A stretch of 29,600 nt of DNA, from contig JBHHTW010000029.1 in the NCBI GenBank assembly GCA_046861385.1, forward strand, positions 1-29,600, read 5' to 3'. The position numbers were made by a program, and so were the translations under genes. Origin of the DNA: Fidelibacterota bacterium. GTDB taxonomy: Bacteria > Fidelibacterota > Marinisomatia > Marinisomatales > TCS55. A model generated the notes under the pieces. It was given only the letters and a program-made list of their open reading frames with translations. It had not been told where the DNA came from and made no database searches. Positions 8,905-22,035 of the stretch are shown here, one piece after another (within the stretch, counting starts at the first letter, position 1; the number at the start of each line of letters is the position of its first letter).

Positions 8905-10236
8905 TTAAATTTTTTTCCGCAAGCGCGCAACGGGAAGATGCAGTTGTTCCCTGTATTTTGCAACGGTTCTCCGAGCTACTGGGAATCCATTGTCATTCAA
9001 AATGACTTTTAATTGTTCATCTGTTAATGGATGGTGTTTATCTTCATTATCCAAGGTCTTTTTCAGCAGGTGCTTTATTCGCATGGTGCTTATTTCTTCT
9101 CCACTGGAATTGATAAAGCCTTCAGTGAAGAATGATTTTAACTCATAAACACCATAGGGTGTATCTACATATTTTCCACGGGTAGAACGGCTGATTGTGG
9201 AAATGTCTAAATTCAGTTCATCAGCAATATCTTGAAGTTTCATGGGTCTGAGAATGTCAATATTTCCATTAAAAAATTCTGGCTGTTTTTTTATAATTGT
9301 TATCATAACATCAGTTAATGTTTTTCTTCTTTCAGAAATTGCATCCACAAACCACTTTGCATCGTTCATTTTATTTTTTATGAAAGATTTGGTTTTCTTA
9401 TCCAGTTCACCTGCTAACATATCTACATATTCCTGACTCACTTGTACTTCCGGGAGCCAATTATCATTCACAACCACAACCCAGTTATTATCTCTTTCAT
9501 AAACAATCAATTCAGGAATAACCGTGGTTAATTCAATTGTTTCATGACCGGCTCCTGGCTTTGGATTCAAATGTTCAATGCAATCTAATGCATGTTTGAT
9601 TTCCTCTTCAGCGTATCCTGTTCTGTCCATAAGCAGGTGATATCGATGATTTGCCAGGTCGTCAAAATAATTATTTAACAGCAGGTAGGCGATAGGTTCT
9701 TCATCTCTATCGATTTGCATTAATAAACATTCTTGTAAATTTCTGGCAGCAATTCCTTTTGGATCCATGGATTGTATCCTTTTTAAAACAGATAACACTT
9801 CATTTGGTTCCAATTCTGACCGGTCATTAATTATTTCAAGGTCGACCGCTAAATAACCATTTTCATCTAAATTGTAAATGATCTCTTCCGCAGTCATTCG
9901 TTCTTGAATGGAAAAATCACATAAGTCCAATTGGTCGATGAGATATTCGACAAAATCCTTCTTTTGTGGAATCGGCATATCCTTTCGCTCTTTTTGCTCG
10001 AATACATTTGGGGGCTCATATTCGTCTAATTCCCAATCCAATTCATTTTCACTTGTTGAAGATTCCGGCTCTTCTTCGTTAGTTCCCTCTAATTGTTCTA
10101 ATACTGGATTTGATTCCAATTCTTCCAAAATTCGTTCTTCTAAATTCACTGCATTCAGCTGTAAAAGGGTCGCTTGCAGGATTTGCTGTGGCTGGAGTGT
10201 TTGTTTTTGTTCTAACCGTTGTTGAAGTTTTACCAT
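8905..10236 (-). CDS. rpoN: RNA polymerase sigma-54 factor
   Basis: Q/L-rich region I, ESNPVLE, STISR HTH, RpoN box ARRTVAKYRE. Follows lptB with a TAATG overlap. Confidence 0.97.
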   Translation of the reverse strand: MVKLQQRLEQKQTLQPQQILQATLLQLNAVNLEERILEELESNPVLEQLEGTNEEEPESSTSENELDWELDEYEPPNVFEQKERKDMPIPQKKDFVEYLIDQLDLCDFSIQERMTAEEIIYNLDENGYLAVDLEIINDRSELEPNEVLSVLKRIQSMDPKGIAARNLQECLLMQIDRDEEPIAYLLLNNYFDDLANHRYHLLMDRTGYAEEEIKHALDCIEHLNPKPGAGHETIELTTVIPELIVYERDNNWVVVVNDNWLPEVQVSQEYVDMLAGELDKKTKSFIKNKMNDAKWFVDAISERRKTLTDVMITIIKKQPEFFNGNIDILRPMKLQDIADELNLDISTISRSTRGKYVDTPYGVYELKSFFTEGFINSSGEEISTMRIKHLLKKTLDNEDKHHPLTDEQLKVILNDNGFPVARRTVAKYREQLHLPVARLRKKI

Positions 10237-10970
10237 TAGTCCAGTCTGAATTTTTTCCCCAAATAGAGTCTTCGAGCTTCTTCATCATTCGCAAGAAATT
10301 CAGATGTACCTGAATTCAAAATGCGCCCATCAAACAATAAATAGGATCGATCAGTAATAGAGAGTGTTTCCCTTACGTTATGGTCAGTAATTAACACACC
10401 GATGTTGCGGTCTTTTAATGATTGAACTATCTTCTGAATATCTTCAACTGCAATTGGATCAACCCCGGCAAATGGTTCATCTAATAAAATAAAATTAGGA
10501 TTAAGAGCCAGAGTGCGGCATATCTCCACCCGGCGGCGTTCTCCACCGGAAAGAGTATTTCCCTTGTTTTTACGCAAATGACTCACGGACAATTCTTCCA
10601 AAAGGTGATCAATTTTCTCTTGTTGTTCCTGTTTGGTCAATGGTGTCATTTCCAACACGAGCTTTAAATTATCCTCCACCGACAGTTTACCAAAAATGGA
10701 AGGTTCTTGAGCCAAATACCCGATACCTTTTCTGGACCGAACATACATTGGATCATCTGTTATTATATCATCATCCAGTGAAATATGTCCCTTGGAGGCT
10801 TTTATCATACCGGTGATCATATAGAATGTGGTGGTCTTTCCGGCACCATTTGGTCCCAGCAAACCAACGATTTCTCCCTGACTCACTTCCAAATCCACTC
10901 CGGACACTACCCAGCGGGAACCGTATTGCTTTGACAGGTTTTTGCCTTTGAGAATGTGTTTATTTTTCAT
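10236..10970 (-). CDS. lptB: LPS export ABC transporter ATPase
   Basis: GPNGAGKTT, LSGGERRRVE, LLDEPFAGVDP, LITDHNVRETL. Confidence 0.97.
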   Translation of the reverse strand: MKNKHILKGKNLSKQYGSRWVVSGVDLEVSQGEIVGLLGPNGAGKTTTFYMITGMIKASKGHISLDDDIITDDPMYVRSRKGIGYLAQEPSIFGKLSVEDNLKLVLEMTPLTKQEQQEKIDHLLEELSVSHLRKNKGNTLSGGERRRVEICRTLALNPNFILLDEPFAGVDPIAVEDIQKIVQSLKDRNIGVLITDHNVRETLSITDRSYLLFDGRILNSGTSEFLANDEEARRLYLGKKFRLD

Positions 10971-10987
10971 ACTATTTCACCAAGGGT

Positions 10988-11542
10988 TTAGTGCTCATCG
11001 TCTTTAATAGTAGTCACTCCGGATGGTTTAAGTATCCGCCAATTTTCCATGGAAATGTCGGATTCAAAGCCGCTACCATAAAGTGTATCACCTTTTTCTG
11101 TTGTAAGCATAACATTATCATCTGTGTAAATTACCTCTTCTTTGGAATCCCAAACCAATGTATCGGTATAGAGTGTTACACCGCTGTCAGAAACGACAAC
11201 CACATTTTCCATAGCGCGCATGAAATCATTTCCTTCCTCTATTTCAGCTTTGCTTGAATTTAGATTGGTGGTGTGTTTTTCCTCCTCATCATAGAAATCA
11301 GCATCCACTTGCTGATCTAAAATGATAAACTGCTTTTCATCAAATTTTTCCAGATGACCGGACCGGACAATAGATCGTGTAATACCGTTTTCAGTTAAAG
11401 TAATAGTCACTTTCCAACTTTCCTGGTCTGGCAAACCATTCCGGGATTTAGCTTCCATTTTTTCATCTCTACTTGTACAACTTAAAAATAATATTAGAAA
11501 GATTGAAAAAATGAATTTCACGTCTATATCAGATTTGTCCAT
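10988..11542 (-). CDS. lptC: LPS export periplasmic protein LptC (probable lipoprotein; real start may be the GTG at 11521)
   Basis: Hydrophobic segment plus FLSC, beta-jellyroll motifs LYTDTLVWD and TLYGSGFESD, position between kdsC and lptB. Confidence 0.8.
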   Translation of the reverse strand: MDKSDIDVKFIFSIFLILFLSCTSRDEKMEAKSRNGLPDQESWKVTITLTENGITRSIVRSGHLEKFDEKQFIILDQQVDADFYDEEEKHTTNLNSSKAEIEEGNDFMRAMENVVVVSDSGVTLYTDTLVWDSKEEVIYTDDNVMLTTEKGDTLYGSGFESDISMENWRILKPSGVTTIKDDEH

Positions 11543-11674
11543 GGGTCAATGATAAAATTTTGTTCTTTTGAGAGAGAAGAATTTAAAAGAGGATATAAAA
11601 CGATGAACTATACTATTATGAAACAAATTTTTAGAAAAATTTAATTCCCGAAGTGGTATTTGTTATGAACAACC

Positions 11675-12227
11675 CTAATGATTTGGATCTGTTTCGGAAA
11701 GACTATACAATTCGTTTTGCAATGCAATCAGTATCTTTTCTAATCTTCCCTGCTGAAAAAGTATCCACTCAATCGCTTCGCGAAATGCGCCATCTCCTCC
11801 TGATTTATCCGTCACGTGGATTGAAACGCCTTTTACCATTTCATTGGCATTCGCCACAGCGATTGGGACACCAGCCTGTTTCATTATAACGATATCAATT
11901 ATATCATCTCCCAAATAAGCAATTTCATCATCCTTTAAATTGTATTTTTCTTTAATCTGTTTATATGGGATTCGCTTATCCAATGTTCCATTATGCACTT
12001 CCGCTATTTTCATTTCTGCCGCCCGAAGAGCAGTAGCATCAGATTGGCGACCGGATATGAGAGCAATCTTGAGTCCGGCGGTGCGGGCAATCGCTGCCCC
12101 GGCGCCGTCAGATACATTAAATCGTTTTAGCTCTGTTCCATCTGACCCTTTATATACAGAACCATCCGTTAGTACACCATCCACGTCGGAAATGAGCATT
12201 TTTACTTTTGAACAGGCCGCACTTAAA

Positions 12228-12235
<8 letters not shown>
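11675..12235 (-). CDS. kdsC: KDO 8-phosphate phosphatase (HAD family)
   Basis: DVDGVLTDG, ISGR, YLGDDIID, GGDGAFRE. Start placed at GTG 12235 overlapping the end of kdsA; exact start uncertain. Confidence 0.9.
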
Positions 12236-15358
<3,123 letters not shown>

Positions 15359-15650
15359 GAGAGTAAATCCAACCTAGAAAGGATACACGTTTCCACCGGG
15401 TAAAATAATGGATGTATCATGTGGTTTCTTTTATTCATAAATCGGTAAAAACTTGCGGGGAAGTTAAGAAGTGGAATGTTTTAAATTAGAATGAAATTTG
15501 GTTATTATAGTATCATATCAGTTATGTGAATAGCTTATTTTTTGTGGAGAAAGATAATTAATAAAATCGTAAATATTTAACAGCTGACATCGAACAGAGC
15601 ATAATACCACATTACGTTTAAATAATTACCTTCAAATTTCGCTTTTTTCA

Positions 15651-15718
15651 CATGAGTAATATTTGTTGTATCTTATAATACTCATGAGTAATATTAGATA
15701 GACCTGATAATACTCATG
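15651..15718. promoter_or_regulatory. Phased inverted-repeat array (operator-like) that includes the ATPase start codon
   Basis: CATGAGTAATAT at 15651 and 15683; ATAATACTCATG at 15675 and 15707. Period 32 bp, 12-bp variable spacers, TATAAT at 15674-15679. Confidence 0.75.
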
Positions 15719-16852
15719 GCGATAATTAACAGATATATCAAACGATTTGTCGAAGAAGATCTAAAAACACGAATGAGCTTCATTGGCGGGCCGCGTCAAG
15801 TAGGAAAAACCACGCTGGCCTTATCTTTGCTGACCAACGGAAGCGAAAAACACCCCGCATACTTGAATTGGGATCATTTAAAGATACGCAATACGCTACT
15901 TAAAGGTGAATTACCTCCAAACCAACCCATCATCATTTTTGATGAAATTCATAAATACAAACGATGGCGAAACTTGGTAAAGGGCTTTTATGATACACTG
16001 AAAAATGATGTTCACTTTATTGTTACCGGTTCAGCCCAATTAGACCATTACCGTAAAGGTGGAGATTCTCTACAAGGCAGATATTACTACTATCGCCTGC
16101 ATCCAATTTCATTGATGGAATTAAATGATCATCCAAATCAAAATGACCTTAATGTATTATTCAAATTTGGCGGATTCCCGGAACCTTTACGCAACGGAAA
16201 AGAAACATTTTGGAAACGATGGCAACGGGAAAGAATACAAAGAGTAATATATGATGATATCCGCGATTTGGAACACATTCGTGAAATCAGCTTAATGGAG
16301 CTTTTAGCTGAAGAATTACCAAATCGTGTAGGCGCTCCATTATCGATAAGAAATTTGAGAATTTTATTAGAAATAGCCCCTGATACGTGTATAAGATGGA
16401 TCACTATTTTTGATCAATTATACTATTCCTTCAGAATTTCACCCTATGGCGCACCAAAAATAAGAGCCGTAAAAAAGGAGCAAAAACTTTACTTGTGGGA
16501 TTGGTCACTCATAGAGGAACAGGGATACAGATTTGAAAATTTAGTGGCCTGTCAGTTGTTAAAATACTGCCATTTTATTGAGGACACTAAAGGATACAAT
16601 ATGGAATTGCGGTTTATCCGTGATACAGATAAACGAGAAGTAGATTTTGTAGTCCTTAAGGATAAAAATCCGTTATTTGCAGTGGAATGTAAAACGGGTG
16701 AAAGAAACTTGAGCCCAGCTATCCCGTATTTCAGTGACAGAACAAATATCCCCAAGTTTTATCAGGTTCATATGGGTTCCAAGGATGTGGTTAAAAATGG
16801 CTTCAGAATTCTACCGTTTACTACATTTTGTGAAGAATTGGGTATGCCTTAA
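15716..16852 (+). CDS. AAA+ ATPase (AAA_14 type) with C-terminal DUF4143 / PD-(D/E)XK nuclease-like domain
   Basis: Walker A GPRQVGKT, Walker B IIIFDEIH, TGS, SLQGR, GGFPE, KLYLWD, FEN, REVDFVV...AVECK. Confidence 0.9.
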   Translation: MAIINRYIKRFVEEDLKTRMSFIGGPRQVGKTTLALSLLTNGSEKHPAYLNWDHLKIRNTLLKGELPPNQPIIIFDEIHKYKRWRNLVKGFYDTLKNDVHFIVTGSAQLDHYRKGGDSLQGRYYYYRLHPISLMELNDHPNQNDLNVLFKFGGFPEPLRNGKETFWKRWQRERIQRVIYDDIRDLEHIREISLMELLAEELPNRVGAPLSIRNLRILLEIAPDTCIRWITIFDQLYYSFRISPYGAPKIRAVKKEQKLYLWDWSLIEEQGYRFENLVACQLLKYCHFIEDTKGYNMELRFIRDTDKREVDFVVLKDKNPLFAVECKTGERNLSPAIPYFSDRTNIPKFYQVHMGSKDVVKNGFRILPFTTFCEELGMP

Positions 16853-16943
16853 ATCAATCATTTATCCTCATTAATTCACCAGCTTTGCAAAAGTGCAGTT
16901 TCGATAAAAAAAGTTTGGAGCAGTATCGAGTATAAAACGCCCG

Positions 16944-16981
16944 CCTGCCCCGATTGAAATGAATAAAAGGAGGTGGGCAGG
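16944..16981. repeat. Short GC-rich inverted repeat CCTGCCC...GGGCAGG (REP-like)
   Basis: Arms at 16944-16950 and 16975-16981, in AT-rich intergenic DNA. Confidence 0.45.
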
Positions 16982-17021
16982 TAAATATGTAAAATGTCAA
17001 TCGTGTTCCTTTACGTAATTA

Positions 17022-17041
17022 TCCCGAAGCTTCGGGACAGG
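17022..17041. repeat. REP-like palindrome TCCCGAAGCTTCGGGA with CAGG tail
   Basis: Perfect 16-bp palindrome at 17022-17037 followed by CAGG. Confidence 0.65.
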
Positions 17042-17390
17042 CTGTTTTAAATAATTACTTACCAGCATAATTCTATTATCCTAACTCATTTATGTACTTG
17101 TGACAAATATTTTCTTTCTGATGAATAATCCAGGTTATAAATATCTTAAGGATCAATGATTGAAGTCCTTGCTGAAAGTACCAAAGCTATGGAATTCTGA
17201 TCTTTGATCCTTATTGTATTTACAGAAAATTTTTTCAAATTTGTTCAATAATATTATGGATGTGTTGTTATGTTTGAATATAGAGAAACCTATATCATGG
17301 CATATATACGACGGTGGTGAGTATAAATCAGGACATGCAGGTTACTTTTTCCGCTGATGAGTAACAACACCGTTAATTATTGTATAACAG

Positions 17391-17420
17391 CTCACCAGTT
17401 ACCACTCATTAATCCACCAG
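17391..17420. repeat. Degenerate copy of the ACCAGYTACCA repeat family
   Basis: TCACCAGTTACCAC (17392-17405) matches the 14-mer at position 1 at 12/14. It lies immediately after the permease stop. Confidence 0.7.
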
Positions 17421-17421
17421 A

Positions 17422-18684
17422 TTATTCAAACCTTAAAGATTCTATGGGATCCAGATTCGCCGCCCTCCATGCCGGATAGATTCCAAAACCGATACCAATC
17501 ACCGAACAAACCACCAAACCGTAAACAACCCAATTCATAGGGATCACAGCAGGAATATTCATCATCAATGCAACAGCGTTTCCCCCAACGACGCCCAGAA
17601 TAACTCCAATAACACCGCCCATTTCGCTTAAAAAGACTGCTTCAGCCAGAAACTGAGTAATAATATCCCGTTTATTGGCGCCGATGGCTTTTCGAATTCC
17701 AATTTCCTTAATTCTCTCAGTGACAGATACCAGCATAATATTCATAATACCAATCCCGGCAACCAGCAGGGCAATGATGCTGATGACAAAGGCGAACATT
17801 TTCACTCCTCCAGTGAATGCACCAAACGTGTCCAATAGTTGAGCGTTGGAAACGACTTCAAAATCATTTTCCTCATTCGGAGACACCTGACGTATTGTAC
17901 GCAAAATACCAACGGCTTCATCCAGCGTTTTATCATAGAGTTCTGCAGAATTTGATTCGATGGTTATGCTTAATGAAGTTCGGTAATGGGCAAAATGATG
18001 TAAATAAGTTGTAATTGGAATAATGACATAATTGTCCTGACTTTGACCAAAGGATTGTCCTTTTCTTTCGGCAATACCGATAACCAAAAATTCAATTCCG
18101 TCAATGGTAATATGCTTCCCAATGGCATACTCAAATGGAAATAGCTGATCCAATGCATCAGGGCCAAGGACGACAACTCTTCTACCATAATGAACGTCAT
18201 CATGGGTAACATTACGACCTTCATCAATAAATGTATTATAGGTTCTGGCTGTCCATTCATCTCCGGCGAAAAGGGCTATATTACGTTTCGCTTGTTTATC
18301 TTTATACTTAATGTTTTTCCCCCAGGCATCTCCCTCCACGCTAACATATTCAGCTGTCGTCATTCTCTCACGGAGTTGTTCATATTGGTCATAAGTGATG
18401 CTCTTACGTTTTCTATATTTTTGCCATGAGCCATGCCCGCCAATGCGAATAGCCGGAAATTTTTGAAATGAAAACGTATTCGCTCCAAATACATTCAAGC
18501 CCGATTGGATGGATGACTCCATGGTTGTAATTGCCGTCATGACGCCTATCACTGAAAATACACCAATGGCAATTCCCAAAAGAGTTAATGAGGATCGTAA
18601 TTTGTTTTCACGAATCGACTGTAAAGCCATTCGCAGACTTTCTTTCAGTGTATTCTTGAAATGACTTTTCTTTTGTGCTACCAT
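17422..18684 (-). CDS. MacB/FtsX-family ABC transporter permease
   Basis: NKLRSSLTLLGIAIGV, GIGIMNIMLVSVTERIKEIGIRKAIGA, LDPIESLRFE. Confidence 0.95.
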   Translation of the reverse strand: MVAQKKSHFKNTLKESLRMALQSIRENKLRSSLTLLGIAIGVFSVIGVMTAITTMESSIQSGLNVFGANTFSFQKFPAIRIGGHGSWQKYRKRKSITYDQYEQLRERMTTAEYVSVEGDAWGKNIKYKDKQAKRNIALFAGDEWTARTYNTFIDEGRNVTHDDVHYGRRVVVLGPDALDQLFPFEYAIGKHITIDGIEFLVIGIAERKGQSFGQSQDNYVIIPITTYLHHFAHYRTSLSITIESNSAELYDKTLDEAVGILRTIRQVSPNEENDFEVVSNAQLLDTFGAFTGGVKMFAFVISIIALLVAGIGIMNIMLVSVTERIKEIGIRKAIGANKRDIITQFLAEAVFLSEMGGVIGVILGVVGGNAVALMMNIPAVIPMNWVVYGLVVCSVIGIGFGIYPAWRAANLDPIESLRFE

Positions 18685-18698
18685 ATTTTAACAAAAAA

Positions 18699-18803
18699 GA
18701 ATGGATGAATGATTGGATGATTGGACGGTTGGTTTATTGCCACTGAAACGGCTCCTGCCACTTTCCCACCACTCCACCAGTTACTGCTCACTACTCCACC
18801 AAT
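18699..18803. repeat. Bipartite repeat: G-rich 8-mer arm facing a C-rich degenerate 7/8-mer arm
   Basis: ATGATTGG ATGATTGG ACGGTTGG (18709-18732), then CCACTTTC CCACCACT CCACCAGTTAC...CTACTCCACCAAT (18758-18803). Fills the permease-permease spacer. Confidence 0.75.
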
Positions 18804-18804
18804 A

Positions 18805-20025
18805 TTACTCATACCGTAATGCCTCGATCGGATCCAGGCGAGCTGCTTTATAGGATGGGGCCAACCCGGCAATGATCCCGACAACGGAACTGATTATCAG
18901 CGCAAAAATTGCCAGCGAAATTGGCATTGTAGACGGAAATATATATTTGTCAATCAAAAAACTTCCTCCTAAAGCAAGGGTGACACCAATAAAACCGCCG
19001 AATAAACAAATGAACAATGCTTCCAATAAAAATTGCTTCATAATGGATCCCGGTGTAGCGCCGATCGCTTTTCGTACACCGATCTCCCTTGTTCGTTCTT
19101 TAACGGATACAAACATAATATTCATAATTCCAATCCCACCCACGACTAAAGATAAAACTGTAATAAAAATACCTGTTCCACCAATGGCCAATTTCATCGT
19201 TTGATATTGCTGGCGAAAAGCATCTTGCTGGTTAATAGCAAAATCGTTTTTTTCTCCCGGATGCAACCCGCGTAATCGGCGCAAAATGGCTGTAATTTCA
19301 TCTTTGGCTTTTTCAATATGATCCGAATCAACTTTCACATCCAACCTCATCCAGCCCCGACGTGAAAATAACCGCTGATAAGTACCAAATGGAATAATAG
19401 CACGGTTATCAATATTAAACATTCCTAAAAATTTTCCCTGTTTTTCCGCGACGCCAATTACCCGAAATACATAATGTCCCATTTTCACTTTCTGGTTAAT
19501 TGGATTTTCATTTTCAAAAAGGAGATTTGCCACATCATAGCCAAGTACAATTACCCGCGCACCACTTCGATCTTCACCTTCTGTATAAAACCGACCATCG
19601 TCAATGTTTAAAAATGCAGTTTGCAGAAATTCTGCTGTTGTGCCAAGTATGTTGATACCCACCGCTGTTTCTTTTCCCCTGGAGATGTCAGCAGTCCGCA
19701 TAGCTGCAGGCGCAGCCGCTATGACATAATTGCTTTGAGATTTAATTTTTTCTATATACTCCACTTTTAAATCCGGTCGATTACGTACCTCCCACCATTC
19801 CTGATCACCAAACCATTCGTGCTTGGCGATATATAAAACATCCCTCCCTAAAAAAGACATACTGCTCTCAAAAGAACGGTCGAGTCCTGAAATAAGAGTT
19901 CCCATAAGAGTAACGGCTAATATTCCAATCACAATGCCCAGGGTTGTCAAACCGGCTCGAAGTTTATTCCCCCAGATTGCATTGAATGCAATTCTCATGG
20001 TTTCCATTAAGGCAAACATATTCAA
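18805..20025 (-). CDS. MacB/FtsX-family ABC transporter permease
   Basis: NKLRAGLTTLGIVIGI, GGIGIMNIMFVSVKERTREIGVRKAIGA, LDPIEALRYE. Confidence 0.95.
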   Translation of the reverse strand: MNMFALMETMRIAFNAIWGNKLRAGLTTLGIVIGILAVTLMGTLISGLDRSFESSMSFLGRDVLYIAKHEWFGDQEWWEVRNRPDLKVEYIEKIKSQSNYVIAAAPAAMRTADISRGKETAVGINILGTTAEFLQTAFLNIDDGRFYTEGEDRSGARVIVLGYDVANLLFENENPINQKVKMGHYVFRVIGVAEKQGKFLGMFNIDNRAIIPFGTYQRLFSRRGWMRLDVKVDSDHIEKAKDEITAILRRLRGLHPGEKNDFAINQQDAFRQQYQTMKLAIGGTGIFITVLSLVVGGIGIMNIMFVSVKERTREIGVRKAIGATPGSIMKQFLLEALFICLFGGFIGVTLALGGSFLIDKYIFPSTMPISLAIFALIISSVVGIIAGLAPSYKAARLDPIEALRYE

Positions 20026-20032
20026 GCAGGTG

Positions 20033-20752
20033 TTATTTTTTTGCGGACTGTTTTTTTATTTTCAAACTATTATTTATTACATCATCTTTGATTTTACCAT
20101 CAAGGATATGCAGCGTCCGATGGGCGTGTTCAGCGATGTAGGCTTCATGGGTCACAAGAATAACAGTATTTCCTTCAGTATAGAGATCATCTAAAACGTT
20201 CATTATTTCTACTCCGCTCTTAGAATCAAGATTACCTGTGGGTTCATCTGCCAGAATAATAGAGGGATCAGTTACCAATGCCCTCGCAATAGCCACCCTC
20301 TGGCGCTGACCACCTGAAAGTTCGTTTGGTTTGTGGTGCATCCTATCTGAAAGACCGACTTTTTCTAAGGCTGTTTCGGCTTTTTCCAAACGATGTTCTC
20401 TGGGAACATTTGCATAGATGAGCGGCAATTCCACATTCCGAAGAGCAGTCAATTTTGGTAATAGATTAAAGGTTTGGAACACAAACCCAATTTTTCGATT
20501 GCGGATGGATGCCAATTGATTATCATCCATTTCGTGAACTTTTTCACCTTCAAATTCATAGGTCCCTTCTGTGGGTGAATCCAGGCATCCGATCATATTC
20601 ATCATAGTAGATTTTCCAGATCCGGACGGTCCCATGATTGATATATATTCATTATAATTGATGGTTAAATCTACACCATCCAGTGCCCGGACGATTTCAC
20701 CCCCAACATCGTAATGACGCTTTACATCGCGAAGTTTGATCAAATCAGGCAT
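20033..20752 (-). CDS. MacB/LolD-type ABC transporter ATP-binding protein
   Basis: [47 protein letters not shown]. Confidence 0.95.
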   Translation of the reverse strand: MPDLIKLRDVKRHYDVGGEIVRALDGVDLTINYNEYISIMGPSGSGKSTMMNMIGCLDSPTEGTYEFEGEKVHEMDDNQLASIRNRKIGFVFQTFNLLPKLTALRNVELPLIYANVPREHRLEKAETALEKVGLSDRMHHKPNELSGGQRQRVAIARALVTDPSIILADEPTGNLDSKSGVEIMNVLDDLYTEGNTVILVTHEAYIAEHAHRTLHILDGKIKDDVINNSLKIKKQSAKK

Positions 20753-22023
20753 TATTCATCTTTATCCAAGGCAACAACCATATTATGTTTTAAATCCCTG
20801 CTGATTGCTTTATAGCTGCCGGTGACGACTTTTTCACCTTCATTTAGTCCGCTAATAACTTCATAATGAGTTTCGCTGCTGATCCCTACTTTAATCGGTC
20901 TTCCGACTGCAAATGGACCTTTTTTGTTCCCTTTATTACTCAGTTCTCCTAATGGTTTATCCTGCACGACAAATACCATTTCAACCAAATCTTTTTTCTT
21001 TTTCCCGCTGCGATATTTTTTATCATCATCTGATTTTTTGGATTTATCTGATTTCTTATTAAAGTTCAATTCATTTTCATAGCCCTCGTAGCGAACCGTC
21101 AAGCTCTGAATTGGAATGGTTAATACATCGTTTCTAATATCCGTAATAATATTTGTATTGGCACTCATTCCCGGCCGTATTTGAGGATGAACATCAATCA
21201 TACGTACTTTCACCTTGAAATTGGTCACTTGTTCCTGGGTACCAAAATTGGATGTTTCTGCGACGTGGGCTATTTCACTCACAATACCATAAAACATTGT
21301 ATCCTGAAAGGCATCTACATCAATTTCGGTTGTATCACCGATAGATAAAGAAATCACATCATTCTCATTTACATCTACCAGTACTTCCATTTTGGTTAAA
21401 TCAGCGATGGTCATTAATGCCTCAGCCTGGAAGACACTTCCGATAGCCATTTCACCTATTTCCTTATTGATTCTGGTTACTATTCCATCCGTAGGGGCGG
21501 TCATTTTTAATTTTGATAATTCATCTTCTCTGGAAATTAATGCAGCTTTAGCTTGTTTCAGTTGATTGACGGCTAATTCATACTGGGCTGTGATTGCTTC
21601 CAGTTCCTGTTTAGAAATCAGCCGTTGATCATAAAGCGATTCCATTCTGTCTTTTTGAGCAGATACTTTAATCAGGCTTGCTTTTGCTGAATTCACAGCA
21701 GACAGAGCCTGATCTCTGGCAGCCTTATGCTGTTTTTCATCTAAGGTGATGAGTAATTGCCCAGTCCGGACATGATCTCCTTCTATTACGGTAATCTGGG
21801 TAATCCATGCCGACGTTGTGGCGCTAATTTTTATTTCCTTCACCGGTTGAATTTTTCCACTGGCATTCACTTTATGAACCACAGATCCCCGATGAACTTC
21901 CTCCACTTCTACTTTAATTACATTTTCATTTTTCCGGAAAATATTCGCAGCAATAATCACAGCAAGGATGACTATGATACCAATAATTATCAATATTTTC
22001 TTTTTATTTTTCTTCTTTGTCAA
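20752..22023 (-). CDS. Periplasmic adaptor / membrane fusion protein (MacA-like)
   Basis: N-terminal [13 protein letters not shown] lipoyl half, helical hairpin, [23 protein letters not shown]. Confidence 0.93.
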   Translation of the reverse strand: MTKKKNKKKILIIIGIIVILAVIIAANIFRKNENVIKVEVEEVHRGSVVHKVNASGKIQPVKEIKISATTSAWITQITVIEGDHVRTGQLLITLDEKQHKAARDQALSAVNSAKASLIKVSAQKDRMESLYDQRLISKQELEAITAQYELAVNQLKQAKAALISREDELSKLKMTAPTDGIVTRINKEIGEMAIGSVFQAEALMTIADLTKMEVLVDVNENDVISLSIGDTTEIDVDAFQDTMFYGIVSEIAHVAETSNFGTQEQVTNFKVKVRMIDVHPQIRPGMSANTNIITDIRNDVLTIPIQSLTVRYEGYENELNFNKKSDKSKKSDDDKKYRSGKKKKDLVEMVFVVQDKPLGELSNKGNKKGPFAVGRPIKVGISSETHYEVISGLNEGEKVVTGSYKAISRDLKHNMVVALDKDE

Positions 22024-22035
22024 TTTATCTCCTAT

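Noticed and set aside
15651-15718. Mini-CRISPR or tyrosine-recombinase site reading of the repeat array
   Set aside because: Variable spacers are only 11-12 bp, too short for CRISPR and longer than the 6-8 bp of lox/dif-type cores. There is only one full 20-bp unit and no cas or recombinase gene.
17060-17086. dif-like site TACCAGCATAA-TTCTA-TTATCCTAACT, with similar weak matches near 27349-27376 and 27479-27506
   Set aside because: Spacer of 5 bp or poorly matching arms; such matches are expected in very AT-rich DNA.
17122-17428. 9-bp inverted repeat TGAATAATC / GATTATTCA as possible MITE ends
   Set aside because: Short and AT-rich, the right copy is the permease's final codons, and no target duplication is visible.
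18678-18884. 68-aa ORF spanning the permease spacer
   Set aside because: It overlaps the upstream permease out of frame and mostly translates the repeat tract.
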